Positions 54,395 to 63,144 of a stretch of DNA of 64,000 nt are shown piece after piece. The position numbers and the translations under genes are program-made. The DNA is taken from NCBI GenBank assembly GCA_007695095.1, contig REEL01000107.1, positions 961-64,960 of the forward strand, read 5' to 3'. Below the pieces are notes generated by a model, which saw only the letters and a list, made by a program, of their open reading frames with translations, was not told the origin of the DNA and searched no databases. Every line of letters starts with the position of its first letter. Within the stretch, counting starts at the first letter, position 1. Source of the DNA: Chitinophagaceae bacterium. GTDB lineage: Bacteria > Bacteroidota > Bacteroidia > Chitinophagales > REEL01.

Positions 54395-55834
54395 ATGAAC
54401 CACTTGCTTTTTTTTCTTTTTATTTCATTTTCTTTTTATTTAATTGGCCCGGGGCGATACCAATTGGCTGAATATATTTCTAAGAATAAGAAAAATAAAA
54501 AATACAATTTACACACCGCTACATATAAGAAGTATAATCAGATTCTGCGTACAAAAAACAAGTTTTATCAAAGCTTAAGTTTTGATGGTAAAAGAAAATT
54601 TATTACTCGACTGATTGAGTTTAATAAGACTAAAAGCTATAGTGGTCAAAAGGGTCTTGAGATTACTGAAGAAATGAAAATCTTAGTTGCAGCTTCGGCC
54701 ATTCAGCTGACCTTTGGTCTGAAGAACTTTTTGATGAGAAATATTGAAAAAATTAATTTATACCCTGAAAGCTTCTATATACCGGCTCACAGGATTAAAG
54801 GTGTTTTTCCACCACCAAAAAAAGGTGAAGAGGAGTGGGTGAAAATTAGAGGAAAAACTTCTACAAAAGGTGTTATAGGTCTTTCATGGAAGGATTTTCA
54901 AATCGGCTATGACATTCCGGATGATAACTACAATCTGGGTTTACATGAAATGGCGCATGCTTTAAAATTATCCCTCGAGAAAGGATATGATTTTGACAAT
55001 AATTTTTCTTTTTATCTCGACCACTGGTTGGATGTAGGTCTGCAACAGTTTAAAAAAGTAAAATCCGGTGACAGTAGTTTTTTGAGAGCATACGGAGGGA
55101 CAAATAAGCATGAGTTTTTTGCTGTTTGTATCGAATTCTTTTTTGAATCACCTATCGCCTTTAAAAAGGAATTACCCGATATCTTTAATCATTTATGCGT
55201 ATTGTTAAACCTTAATCCTATCAATGATAAGGATGATTTTAAACTGGACCCTTCCTATATTGAAAGAGTTAACTTAATTCCGGGAAGGATTCCGATTCCT
55301 GAAAAAATTGAAAAAAACTATAAGTATCACAGCTGGCATTGGACTCTTACCTTTGTTATATTAGGTCTGTTTCCCGGTTTTATAGGGTTTATTTTGTTAT
55401 CTACTATTACAGAAGTTCCATTTTGGGTAATTATTCTCATAGGTTTTAGCCTCGTCCTTTTGGCATTTGCTACTCAATACCGTTTTTTAAGCAATAATAA
55501 TGTTTTAAAGTGGAGAGGGTTTTTAGCCTATTCTATTATTGGAGTAATGCCTTTTTTTACTATGATTTACTTACTTTTAAATTTTATTTTCAGTAGTTCG
55601 GCCTACGAAGAAGTCTATTTTATTGATGAGGTAGAATTTAAAAGGGGAGAAATTGTTGTAGAGCTTGCAGGTGGACAGTATAGAAATAAAGCGCAATACC
55701 GAACCTTGAGAATTACCCATCAAGATACGTATTTTCAAAAAAGACCCGAAAAAGTATCAATTAAATTTGCTGAAGGTCTTTTTGGTCATCGTGTTTATAA
55801 AGGGACTAAATTTACCGGTTTTACCTTAAATTAA
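54395..55834 (+). CDS. MtfA-like (peptidase M90) zinc metallopeptidase fused to a multi-TM C-terminal region
   Basis: HExxH in 'LGLHEMAHAL' and 'HEFFAVCIEFFFESP', typical of MtfA. It has an N-terminal TM helix, about four TM helices from nt 55322 and a terminal soluble segment of about 80 aa. Confidence 0.65.
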   Translation: MNHLLFFLFISFSFYLIGPGRYQLAEYISKNKKNKKYNLHTATYKKYNQILRTKNKFYQSLSFDGKRKFITRLIEFNKTKSYSGQKGLEITEEMKILVAASAIQLTFGLKNFLMRNIEKINLYPESFYIPAHRIKGVFPPPKKGEEEWVKIRGKTSTKGVIGLSWKDFQIGYDIPDDNYNLGLHEMAHALKLSLEKGYDFDNNFSFYLDHWLDVGLQQFKKVKSGDSSFLRAYGGTNKHEFFAVCIEFFFESPIAFKKELPDIFNHLCVLLNLNPINDKDDFKLDPSYIERVNLIPGRIPIPEKIEKNYKYHSWHWTLTFVILGLFPGFIGFILLSTITEVPFWVIILIGFSLVLLAFATQYRFLSNNNVLKWRGFLAYSIIGVMPFFTMIYLLLNFIFSSSAYEEVYFIDEVEFKRGEIVVELAGGQYRNKAQYRTLRITHQDTYFQKRPEKVSIKFAEGLFGHRVYKGTKFTGFTLN

Positions 55835-55846
55835 TTTGTAATTATT

Positions 55847-56626
55847 TTGACACAAGAGAATAAAATTTCAGCTGTAATCATTACTTACAATGAAGAAAAA
55901 AATATTCTTCGCTGTCTTGAATCTGTGAAAAAAGTGGCCGATGAAATTATAGTGGTAGATTCCTTTTCAACAGATGCCACCCCGGAAATTTGCAGGGAAT
56001 TTAATGTAGTTTTTTTACAAAATACTTTTAAAGGACATGTTGAACAAAAGAATTTTGCGGCTCAAAAAGCTACTTCACCCTATGTTTTATCACTTGATGC
56101 AGACGAACTGCTTTCAGATGAACTGGTGCAATATATAAATTCAATTAAAAAGCAGCTGTTTGACTTCGAAGCCTACTCTTTTAAGAGGTTAAATAATTAC
56201 TGTGGAAAATGGATAAAAAATGGTGCATGGTATCCTGACAGAAAAATTCGTCTTTGGCAAGCAGGTAAAGGAAGCTGGGGAGGAGATAATCCCCATGATA
56301 AAGTGATTATGAATGCAAATAGCAGAGTTGAAAAAGTGAATCATGAAATTTTGCATTACTCTTTCACATCAATTAGCGAACATCTTACACAGGTAAATAA
56401 ATTTAGCAGTATTGCCGCTGAAACGGCATTTAATAATGGTAAAAGAGCTAGCATTCTTATGCTTTTGCTAAGCCCGTTTTTTAAATTTGTAAGAGATTAC
56501 TTTTTTAAGGCCGGATTTAGAGATGGGTTTTACGGCCTGGTAATCGCAGTTATTTCTTCTCATAGTAAGTTTTTGAAATATGCAAAATTGCTTCAAAAGC
56601 AAATAAATCTCAAGAAGGATAGTTAA
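55847..56626 (+). CDS. family 2 glycosyltransferase (LPS-core type)
   Basis: 'ISAVIITYNEEKNI', 'VVDSFSTD' and the 'SLDADE' DxD motif. It has a TTG start with no in-frame ATG nearby. Confidence 0.8.
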   Translation: MTQENKISAVIITYNEEKNILRCLESVKKVADEIIVVDSFSTDATPEICREFNVVFLQNTFKGHVEQKNFAAQKATSPYVLSLDADELLSDELVQYINSIKKQLFDFEAYSFKRLNNYCGKWIKNGAWYPDRKIRLWQAGKGSWGGDNPHDKVIMNANSRVEKVNHEILHYSFTSISEHLTQVNKFSSIAAETAFNNGKRASILMLLLSPFFKFVRDYFFKAGFRDGFYGLVIAVISSHSKFLKYAKLLQKQINLKKDS

Positions 56627-56651
56627 GTGAAAAAGGAAATTTATAATTAAA

Positions 56652-57755
56652 ATGAAAGTAGTTCATTTATCAACGGCACATTCCTGGAGGGGAGGAGAGC
56701 AACAAATAGCTTATCTGATAGATGAACTAAATAAGCATTCTGTTAAGCAGATTTTAGTCTGTAGCAGAAACAGCGAAATTGAAACTTATGCGCAACAAAG
56801 TCAATTGCAATACTATTCTTTCACTAAGAAATCAGCAATAAGTTTTCAATTCATAAAAGGTCTAATCCGCGTAATGCGAAAAGAACAACCGGATATTGTT
56901 CACATTCATGATTCTCATGCTCAGACTATAGCTGTCTTGTCCGCTTTGCTAACAAAAAACAGTACTCCATTTGTTTTAAGCCGGCGTGTAGATTTTCCGG
57001 TAAGCAGTAATGTTTTTTCCCGCTTTAAATATAATTATCCGGCTATAAAAAAAATCATTTGTGTTTCAGATGCTATTTCAGATATTTTAAAACCGGCTAT
57101 TAAAGAGCAAAACAAATTGGTAACTATTCACAGTGGAATAGATTTTAAGAAATTTAAGAATGAAAATTCAAGAACTATCCGTAATCAATTGGGAATATCC
57201 GAAGATGTTAAGTTAGTAGGGAATGTAGCTGCAATTGCTGATCATAAGGATTATTTTACTTTTGTGGATACGGCAAATCTGATTTTAAATGAAGGTTTAA
57301 ACGTACATTTTGTTGTAATCGGTGACGGGCCTCTAAGAGAAGAGATAGAAACCTATATTCATCAAAAAGGCTTAAGTGAAAAAATTACATTACTCGGATT
57401 TAGAAAAGACGTACACAAAATTATTTATGAATTAGATTATTTTCTTTTTACCTCAAAAACAGAAGGTTTGGGGACATCCGTTATTGATGCCATGTATGCC
57501 GGTGTGCCGGTAGTTGCAACCAAAGCGGGCGGAGTCCCTGAATTAATAACAAATCGTATACACGGTTTTTTATCTAATGTAAAAGATTCGGATTCTTTGT
57601 CAGAAAACTTTATTGAACTTTTTAAAGATGAAGAAATACGAAAGGATTTAATCAAAAATGCTAAAGAAAAAGCCTTACTATTCTCAAAAGAGCTAATGGC
57701 AAAGAAAACACTAGAAGTTTATAAAGATATTTTAGCATCGTCTAATAAAAATTGA
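56652..57755 (+). CDS. family 4 (GT-B) glycosyltransferase
   Basis: E-x7-E region 'SKTEGLGTSVIDAMYAGVPVVATKAGGVPELI'; 367 aa. Confidence 0.82.
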   Translation: MKVVHLSTAHSWRGGEQQIAYLIDELNKHSVKQILVCSRNSEIETYAQQSQLQYYSFTKKSAISFQFIKGLIRVMRKEQPDIVHIHDSHAQTIAVLSALLTKNSTPFVLSRRVDFPVSSNVFSRFKYNYPAIKKIICVSDAISDILKPAIKEQNKLVTIHSGIDFKKFKNENSRTIRNQLGISEDVKLVGNVAAIADHKDYFTFVDTANLILNEGLNVHFVVIGDGPLREEIETYIHQKGLSEKITLLGFRKDVHKIIYELDYFLFTSKTEGLGTSVIDAMYAGVPVVATKAGGVPELITNRIHGFLSNVKDSDSLSENFIELFKDEEIRKDLIKNAKEKALLFSKELMAKKTLEVYKDILASSNKN

Positions 57756-57784
57756 ACCGTGAAAAAACATTAGATTTGTGATAT

Positions 57785-58921
57785 ATGCAACCACTAAAAA
57801 TTGGGTTTGATGCCAAAAGATTGTTTCTGAATGAAACCGGATTAGGAAACTATAGCAGGAATCTGCTGGCTGCATTATCTGTTCATTACCCGGAGAATGA
57901 ATATTCCCTTTTTTCACCCCGAATTGATCAGAAATATCAAAATTTTATAAAGAAACATCCTGTTTATACACCCAAAGGAATCTGGAAATTTTTACCACAC
58001 CAATTATGGCGCTCTTACGGTATTTCAAATTTTGCAAATGTATTAGAGCTAGATATTTATCATGGCTTAAGTCATGAATTACCTTATGGAATTGAGAAAT
58101 CAAACTGTAAAAGTGTTGTTTCTATTCATGATCTTATATTCAAAACATTCCCGGAACTTTATAAAACTGCAGATAGATTTTTTTATGACTCAAAAATTAA
58201 AAATGCTGTAAAGTCCGCTAATAAAATTGTTTGTATCAGTCAGCAGACTGCCACTGATTTATCCACATTTTATGAAGTTGACGAACAAAAAATACAAGTT
58301 GTTTATCAATCCTGTTCTGCTAATTATGAAAATTTTACATCTGACGAAAAATTAAAGAACAGCTTAATGGCTAACTATAATTTACCGGAAAACTTTGTCC
58401 TTAGTGTAGGTATGAATCCCCGTAAAAATCTGGAAATTCTTATTGATGCGATTGTACTTTTAAAAAACAGAAACTTAGATTTTCCTGCACTGCTATTAGT
58501 TGGGAATTCGAATACGTATCAGAAAAAATTAAGAGAAAAGGTCGTTTCAAATGGACTTGATAAAAAAGTCATTTTTTTAGAAAATATTGGTGATAATGAA
58601 TTGCCACAGCTTTATCATATGGCCTTGTTTTCAACTTACCTTTCGGTATATGAGGGTTTTGGAATTCCTTTAGCAGAGTCATTATATTGCAAAACACCTG
58701 TAATAACAAATGAAAAAGGCTGTTTTTCAGAAGCTGCCGGCCCGGGGGGCATGTATGTAAACGTTCTTTCTAAAGAAGAAATAGCAAGTGCAATAATAGA
58801 ACTGAGTGAAAATAGTTCAAAAAGAAATCAACTCTCTGAAAAGGGTTTTGAGTATGTTAAGAGATTTAATGCCGATGTAATAACAGCTCAATGGATTGAT
58901 TTATACAGAAATTTACTTTAA
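57785..58921 (+). CDS. family 4/1 (GT-B) glycosyltransferase
   Basis: 'SVYEGFGIPLAESLYCKTPVITN'; 378 aa. Confidence 0.8.
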   Translation: MQPLKIGFDAKRLFLNETGLGNYSRNLLAALSVHYPENEYSLFSPRIDQKYQNFIKKHPVYTPKGIWKFLPHQLWRSYGISNFANVLELDIYHGLSHELPYGIEKSNCKSVVSIHDLIFKTFPELYKTADRFFYDSKIKNAVKSANKIVCISQQTATDLSTFYEVDEQKIQVVYQSCSANYENFTSDEKLKNSLMANYNLPENFVLSVGMNPRKNLEILIDAIVLLKNRNLDFPALLLVGNSNTYQKKLREKVVSNGLDKKVIFLENIGDNELPQLYHMALFSTYLSVYEGFGIPLAESLYCKTPVITNEKGCFSEAAGPGGMYVNVLSKEEIASAIIELSENSSKRNQLSEKGFEYVKRFNADVITAQWIDLYRNLL

Positions 58922-59652
58922 GCAGAAGTTTTTACTTTGCTTTGGTATTTAATTTTCAGCCATTCAAATATCGTAACATTCATCAAAAACAATAACATTG
59001 AATAAATTGTATCCTCAAGAGGGATATAAAGGTATTCAATCCCTGTTAAGTGTGCGTATCTAATGCCCATATTGAATGAGTCATCATACATTACAACAGG
59101 TATAGAAGTCAATGCTCCATTAATAAGAAGGAAGGGAATCAGGTGTATAAAAAAGGCTATCCAGAAATATCCGAGGTATTTTTTACCTAAAATACGTATG
59201 TGTAAAAGTAAAAAAAGGCCGCTTAATGAAAAAGTGATGACAGTGTATGCTTTATCATAAAAAACGATAGCGCCCAAGAAAAGCAAACCAATAAAAAAGT
59301 AACTTGTCGATAGGGCATATTTGGAATAAAAGTCAGAGAAATAGGCTTTTACACAACAATAAATAAAAACAATGGCATAAGGGACGGTAATAAAAAAAAG
59401 CCATTCTTCCAGAGGTAAATTTATTATATCAATTCCGACAAGATAATTTTCATTAAATGACCATACCCCAAAATGTGTTTTAAGGACATCCCAAATAATA
59501 AAAAAGGCTCCGGTTATTAATATAGCAGGAAAAAGAAATCTCCACTCTTTATAAAAAGCTACTTTTTTATCAAAAGAAAGCAGAAAGGGTAAGCTGATAG
59601 TGAAAATATTCAGATAAAGATATAAATGCTCTATTTCTCTTAACCAACTCAT
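58918..59652 (-). CDS. fused heterodimer-type lycopene beta-cyclase (two lycopene-cyclase domains, CrtYcd-like)
   Basis: Seven or so TM helices with two copies of the lycopene-cyclase-domain signature ('INLPLEEWLFF' and 'LYIPLEDTIYS'). It is the last gene of the crt operon. Confidence 0.7.
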   Translation of the reverse strand: MSWLREIEHLYLYLNIFTISLPFLLSFDKKVAFYKEWRFLFPAILITGAFFIIWDVLKTHFGVWSFNENYLVGIDIINLPLEEWLFFITVPYAIVFIYCCVKAYFSDFYSKYALSTSYFFIGLLFLGAIVFYDKAYTVITFSLSGLFLLLHIRILGKKYLGYFWIAFFIHLIPFLLINGALTSIPVVMYDDSFNMGIRYAHLTGIEYLYIPLEDTIYSMLLFLMNVTIFEWLKIKYQSKVKTSA

Positions 59653-59654
59653 TA

Positions 59655-60500
59655 TTAAATTAAATTAAATGCATAACGGGCATATGATTTCATAAGTATG
59701 TAAGCCTTGTAGGCATTGTGTACACGCATCCTTTTCGACTGAATAGCTTCAGGCTTCGCTTTTTTAAGTTTATCAAAAAGCTTCGTATAATACCTGTAAG
59801 CAAGATAAACGCCACCTCTACAGCCTATTGGCAATTCTCTGATGCCGGTAAGGGCTTCTGAAAAGTTCTTTTCTATATCTTCTACAATTTGGTTTTTACA
59901 GTCTTCATCAAAACAATCAAAATCTACCCCGGGGAAATATACCCGCCCCCTCTCTTTATAATCTTCCTGCATGTCTCTCAAAAAATTAACTTTTTGAAAT
60001 GCTGAGCCTAAGCTTCTTGCGGGCGCTTTTAGAGAATTGTAAGTGGTGTCTTGTCCATCACAAAAAACTCTAAGACACATTAATCCTACAACTTCAGCAG
60101 AACCGTATATGTATTCACTATATTTTTCTTTATTGTATTTTCCATAATGCAAATCCATTTCCATAGAGTCTAAAAAAGCATGAATCAGGCTTAAATCAAT
60201 ATTATACAGATTGACAGTCTCCTGAAAACTATGCACAATAGGATTAATGCTAAATTTTCTTTCAATAGCATTGAATGTATCTTTTCTAAACTCTTCTAAC
60301 AATATACCTTTATCCTGATCGTGGAAAGTATCAACAATCTCATCGGCGTATCTCACAAACCCATAAATAGAATAAATATGAGGTCTGTATTTTTTACCCA
60401 GCAATTTAATTCCAAGTGAAAAAGATGTGCTGTAGTGCACAGTAATTAACTTACTACATTTTAAAGAGGTTAAATCAAATAACTTGCGGCTCATAAGCAT
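59655..60500 (-). CDS. crtB: phytoene synthase
   Basis: Asp-rich motifs 'FVRYADEIVD' and 'FLRDMQEDYKERGRVYFP'. The start is 60500 or 60494; either overlaps the crtI 3' end. Confidence 0.92.
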   Translation of the reverse strand: MLMSRKLFDLTSLKCSKLITVHYSTSFSLGIKLLGKKYRPHIYSIYGFVRYADEIVDTFHDQDKGILLEEFRKDTFNAIERKFSINPIVHSFQETVNLYNIDLSLIHAFLDSMEMDLHYGKYNKEKYSEYIYGSAEVVGLMCLRVFCDGQDTTYNSLKAPARSLGSAFQKVNFLRDMQEDYKERGRVYFPGVDFDCFDEDCKNQIVEDIEKNFSEALTGIRELPIGCRGGVYLAYRYYTKLFDKLKKAKPEAIQSKRMRVHNAYKAYILMKSYARYAFNLI

Positions 60501-61977
60501 GTTCTTTTGTAATTCTTTCTGTAACTAATTTTGAACTGATTACTACAATCGGAAGCCCTGTGCCGGGTGTAGTTGAAGCTCCAACATAATAGAGGTTATT
60601 AAACTTTTCGTCTTTATTCTTAGGCCTGAATCCTCCAATTTGATTGAGTCCGTGTGCTAAACCAAGCCCACTTCCTTTATATAAATTGAATTTATGCATC
60701 CAGTCTATAGGAGTATAAACTTCTTTTGTAATCAAATTCTCTGCAATATTGAATCCCGTTCTTTCAGATAAATCTTTTATAATAGTGTTTGATAATTCTT
60801 CTGCATCGCTCCAATCAGGTTTGTACCTTAAGTCGGGAACCGGGCAAAGTATAAAAATATTCTCACAGCCCTCAGGCGCACATTCCGGATTGGATTTTGA
60901 ATTTACATTTACATAGTAATAAGGTTGATCCGGATTAACAGACATTTTAAAAATCTTATCAGCATAAGATCTGAAGTTTTCACCTAAAAAGTAATTATGG
61001 TGATTCAGTCCGTCAATCTTTCCTTTAACCCCCAGATACATTGTGAAAGGAGATAATGTCCAATCAAGTTTGTCTAATTTCTTTTCTGTAAAAGCTGGTC
61101 TGTTTAAAATTTTACCTCTGAACGAGGCGGCATCCCCATTGACTATGTATAAATCTGATTCCCAAAGCTTACCCTCTTTATCAGTAAATCCTAAAATCTT
61201 GTTATTGACAGTCTGAATGGATTCTATTTCAGTATTGTAATATATGTCTACATCATATTTTGAAAGGGCTTGTACTAAAGCTTCCGTGATTTTATACATG
61301 CCGCCTTTTATATTCCAGTAGCCGTCATGCTTTAGCTCTGTATAATTTAAAAGTTTATACACAGCGGGAGTTTCAAAAGGAGTAGCTCCAAGGAAAAAAG
61401 CAACTAAAGAGAAAATTACTTTTGTTTCTTCAGAGGTGAAATGTTTTTCCAGATCTTTCCACATAGAAGTAAACATTTTTGGAGCATGTTTCCATGGTAC
61501 TCGAGCGAGTTGCATGATATAATCTAACTTGTTGTCAAAGTTGTTTTTAACAACAATGTGCTCTGTGTCATGAAAAATCTGTCCTGCATTAAGCAAATAT
61601 TTTTCTACCTTTTCCACAAAATTATCTTCAAGTCCTTCAAATTCTTTAGCAAGCTTTTCCAGATCTTTGTAAACATTAAACTTTCTGTCACTACCCTTGA
61701 AGTTTACAGTATACAAAGGATCCAGTTCCTGATAGGTTAATGGATTTTCTATTTTACAATCTTTAAACAATTCATCGAACTCATAACTCATACTGAAAAA
61801 AGAAGGCCCAATATCAAAAGTAAAACCATCTTTTTCAATTTGATTTAATCTTCCGCCTGCTTGATGATGTTTTTCAAGTATGGTAACCTTATAGCCTCTG
61901 CTGGCTAACCTAAGCGCAGTTGATAAGCCACCGAGTCCGGCACCAATAATTAAAATACTTTTGTTGGTGTATTTCAT
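60475..61977 (-). CDS. crtI: phytoene desaturase
   Basis: FAD fold 'ILIIGAGLGGLSTALRLASRGYKVTILEKHHQAGGR' and C-terminal 'NLYYVGASTTPGTGLPIVVISSKL'; 500 aa. Confidence 0.9.
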   Translation of the reverse strand: MKYTNKSILIIGAGLGGLSTALRLASRGYKVTILEKHHQAGGRLNQIEKDGFTFDIGPSFFSMSYEFDELFKDCKIENPLTYQELDPLYTVNFKGSDRKFNVYKDLEKLAKEFEGLEDNFVEKVEKYLLNAGQIFHDTEHIVVKNNFDNKLDYIMQLARVPWKHAPKMFTSMWKDLEKHFTSEETKVIFSLVAFFLGATPFETPAVYKLLNYTELKHDGYWNIKGGMYKITEALVQALSKYDVDIYYNTEIESIQTVNNKILGFTDKEGKLWESDLYIVNGDAASFRGKILNRPAFTEKKLDKLDWTLSPFTMYLGVKGKIDGLNHHNYFLGENFRSYADKIFKMSVNPDQPYYYVNVNSKSNPECAPEGCENIFILCPVPDLRYKPDWSDAEELSNTIIKDLSERTGFNIAENLITKEVYTPIDWMHKFNLYKGSGLGLAHGLNQIGGFRPKNKDEKFNNLYYVGASTTPGTGLPIVVISSKLVTERITKEHAYEPQVI

Positions 61978-62039
61978 TTAATATATATTTACGATAAGAA
62001 TATAAAACCGAAAATCGATGAAAATGTTTAACAGAAAAT

Positions 62040-62501
62040 TTAAGTGGCTTGTTTTTTATTGTCCGGATAGTATTTATTTTTAACGAAAAGGAATCCAAAA
62101 GCTTCCCCATCCTCTTTCCCCATTTTTTTGTGATGAATTTTGTGTGCTCTTCTGATAGCCCTTAAGTATGGATGTTTTACATTTTTAAGTAATGGAAATC
62201 TTTGATGAACCATTATATCATGTACGAAAAAATAAGCGACACCATAAAGCGCAATACCAATACCTGCGAAAAAGGAATAACCGAAATGAGGTAATCCTGA
62301 AAAAATTAAAATGAATGAGAAGGCTGCAAAAAAAACACCAAATGCATCATTTCCTTCTACTACCCTGTAACCCGGCTCATGGTGCGATTTGTGTAATACC
62401 CATAAAAATCCATGCATGATATATTTATGAGTAAACCATGCAACCCCTTCCATCATAATAAAGCAAAAAATCAGTAATACGATTTTCAGAAAAATTTCCA
62501 T
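62040..62501 (-). CDS. crtZ: beta-carotene 3-hydroxylase
   Basis: 153 aa membrane di-iron hydroxylase with His boxes 'HKYIMH', 'HKSHH', 'HDIMVHQR' and 'HKIHH'. Confidence 0.85.
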   Translation of the reverse strand: MEIFLKIVLLIFCFIMMEGVAWFTHKYIMHGFLWVLHKSHHEPGYRVVEGNDAFGVFFAAFSFILIFSGLPHFGYSFFAGIGIALYGVAYFFVHDIMVHQRFPLLKNVKHPYLRAIRRAHKIHHKKMGKEDGEAFGFLFVKNKYYPDNKKQAT

Positions 62502-62502
62502 A

Positions 62503-63144
62503 TTAAAGGAATATTGTTAAAAGTAAAAAGAAAATAAACTGAATCTGAAACATGTTTATCGCCATATTGTTTTTTTGAATATTGATTTTTTTGGTAAAAA
62601 CACTTGTCATTATCAAGCCCAACACTCCCCAGGCTATGAAATTATGTATTGGAGGATAACTTTTCCCATCCCATGACCACATATTCATTGCAATGGCAGG
62701 AGATTCTAATACCATATCATAAATGATTAAACAAATTACGGAGAAAAGAATTACCATCATATCTTTTTTAAAAAATTGTTTGGAGAAATGATAAACACAG
62801 TAAACCAGAAAAAACCAATTTAACCCTATCAAAACCGGGACATTTAGAATTTGCAGTCCAAGCGTGTCTCCATATTCATATTCCCCAAAAACCAACCCGG
62901 TTTTTACACCGATAATTTCAGCAGTCATACCTAACAAGAATATAAATGCAGCAAGCATAAAAAAGGTGAAATCAAATTTTTTATGGAATAAAAAAACAAC
63001 AAAATATGCAAATAGGATATTTAAAGGAGTCAGGAGAAGGAAAAGGTCGTGTGTTCTATCCCAGAGAAGACCGGTCAAGCCAACCAGATATACACAGATA
63101 GTGATGAATGTCCAAAATTGAACTTTACTAAGATTTAGCTTCAT
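62503..63144 (-). CDS. DUF422/'carotenoid biosynthesis protein' family membrane protein (CruF-like 1',2'-hydratase candidate)
   Basis: Polytopic membrane protein with 'GVKTGLVFGEYEYGDTLG..ILNVPVLIGLNW', the G..TG..FG.Y.Y signature I recall for PF04240. It sits between a CrtD-like gene and crtZ. Confidence 0.55.
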   Translation of the reverse strand: MKLNLSKVQFWTFITICVYLVGLTGLLWDRTHDLFLLLTPLNILFAYFVVFLFHKKFDFTFFMLAAFIFLLGMTAEIIGVKTGLVFGEYEYGDTLGLQILNVPVLIGLNWFFLVYCVYHFSKQFFKKDMMVILFSVICLIIYDMVLESPAIAMNMWSWDGKSYPPIHNFIAWGVLGLIMTSVFTKKINIQKNNMAINMFQIQFIFFLLLTIFL

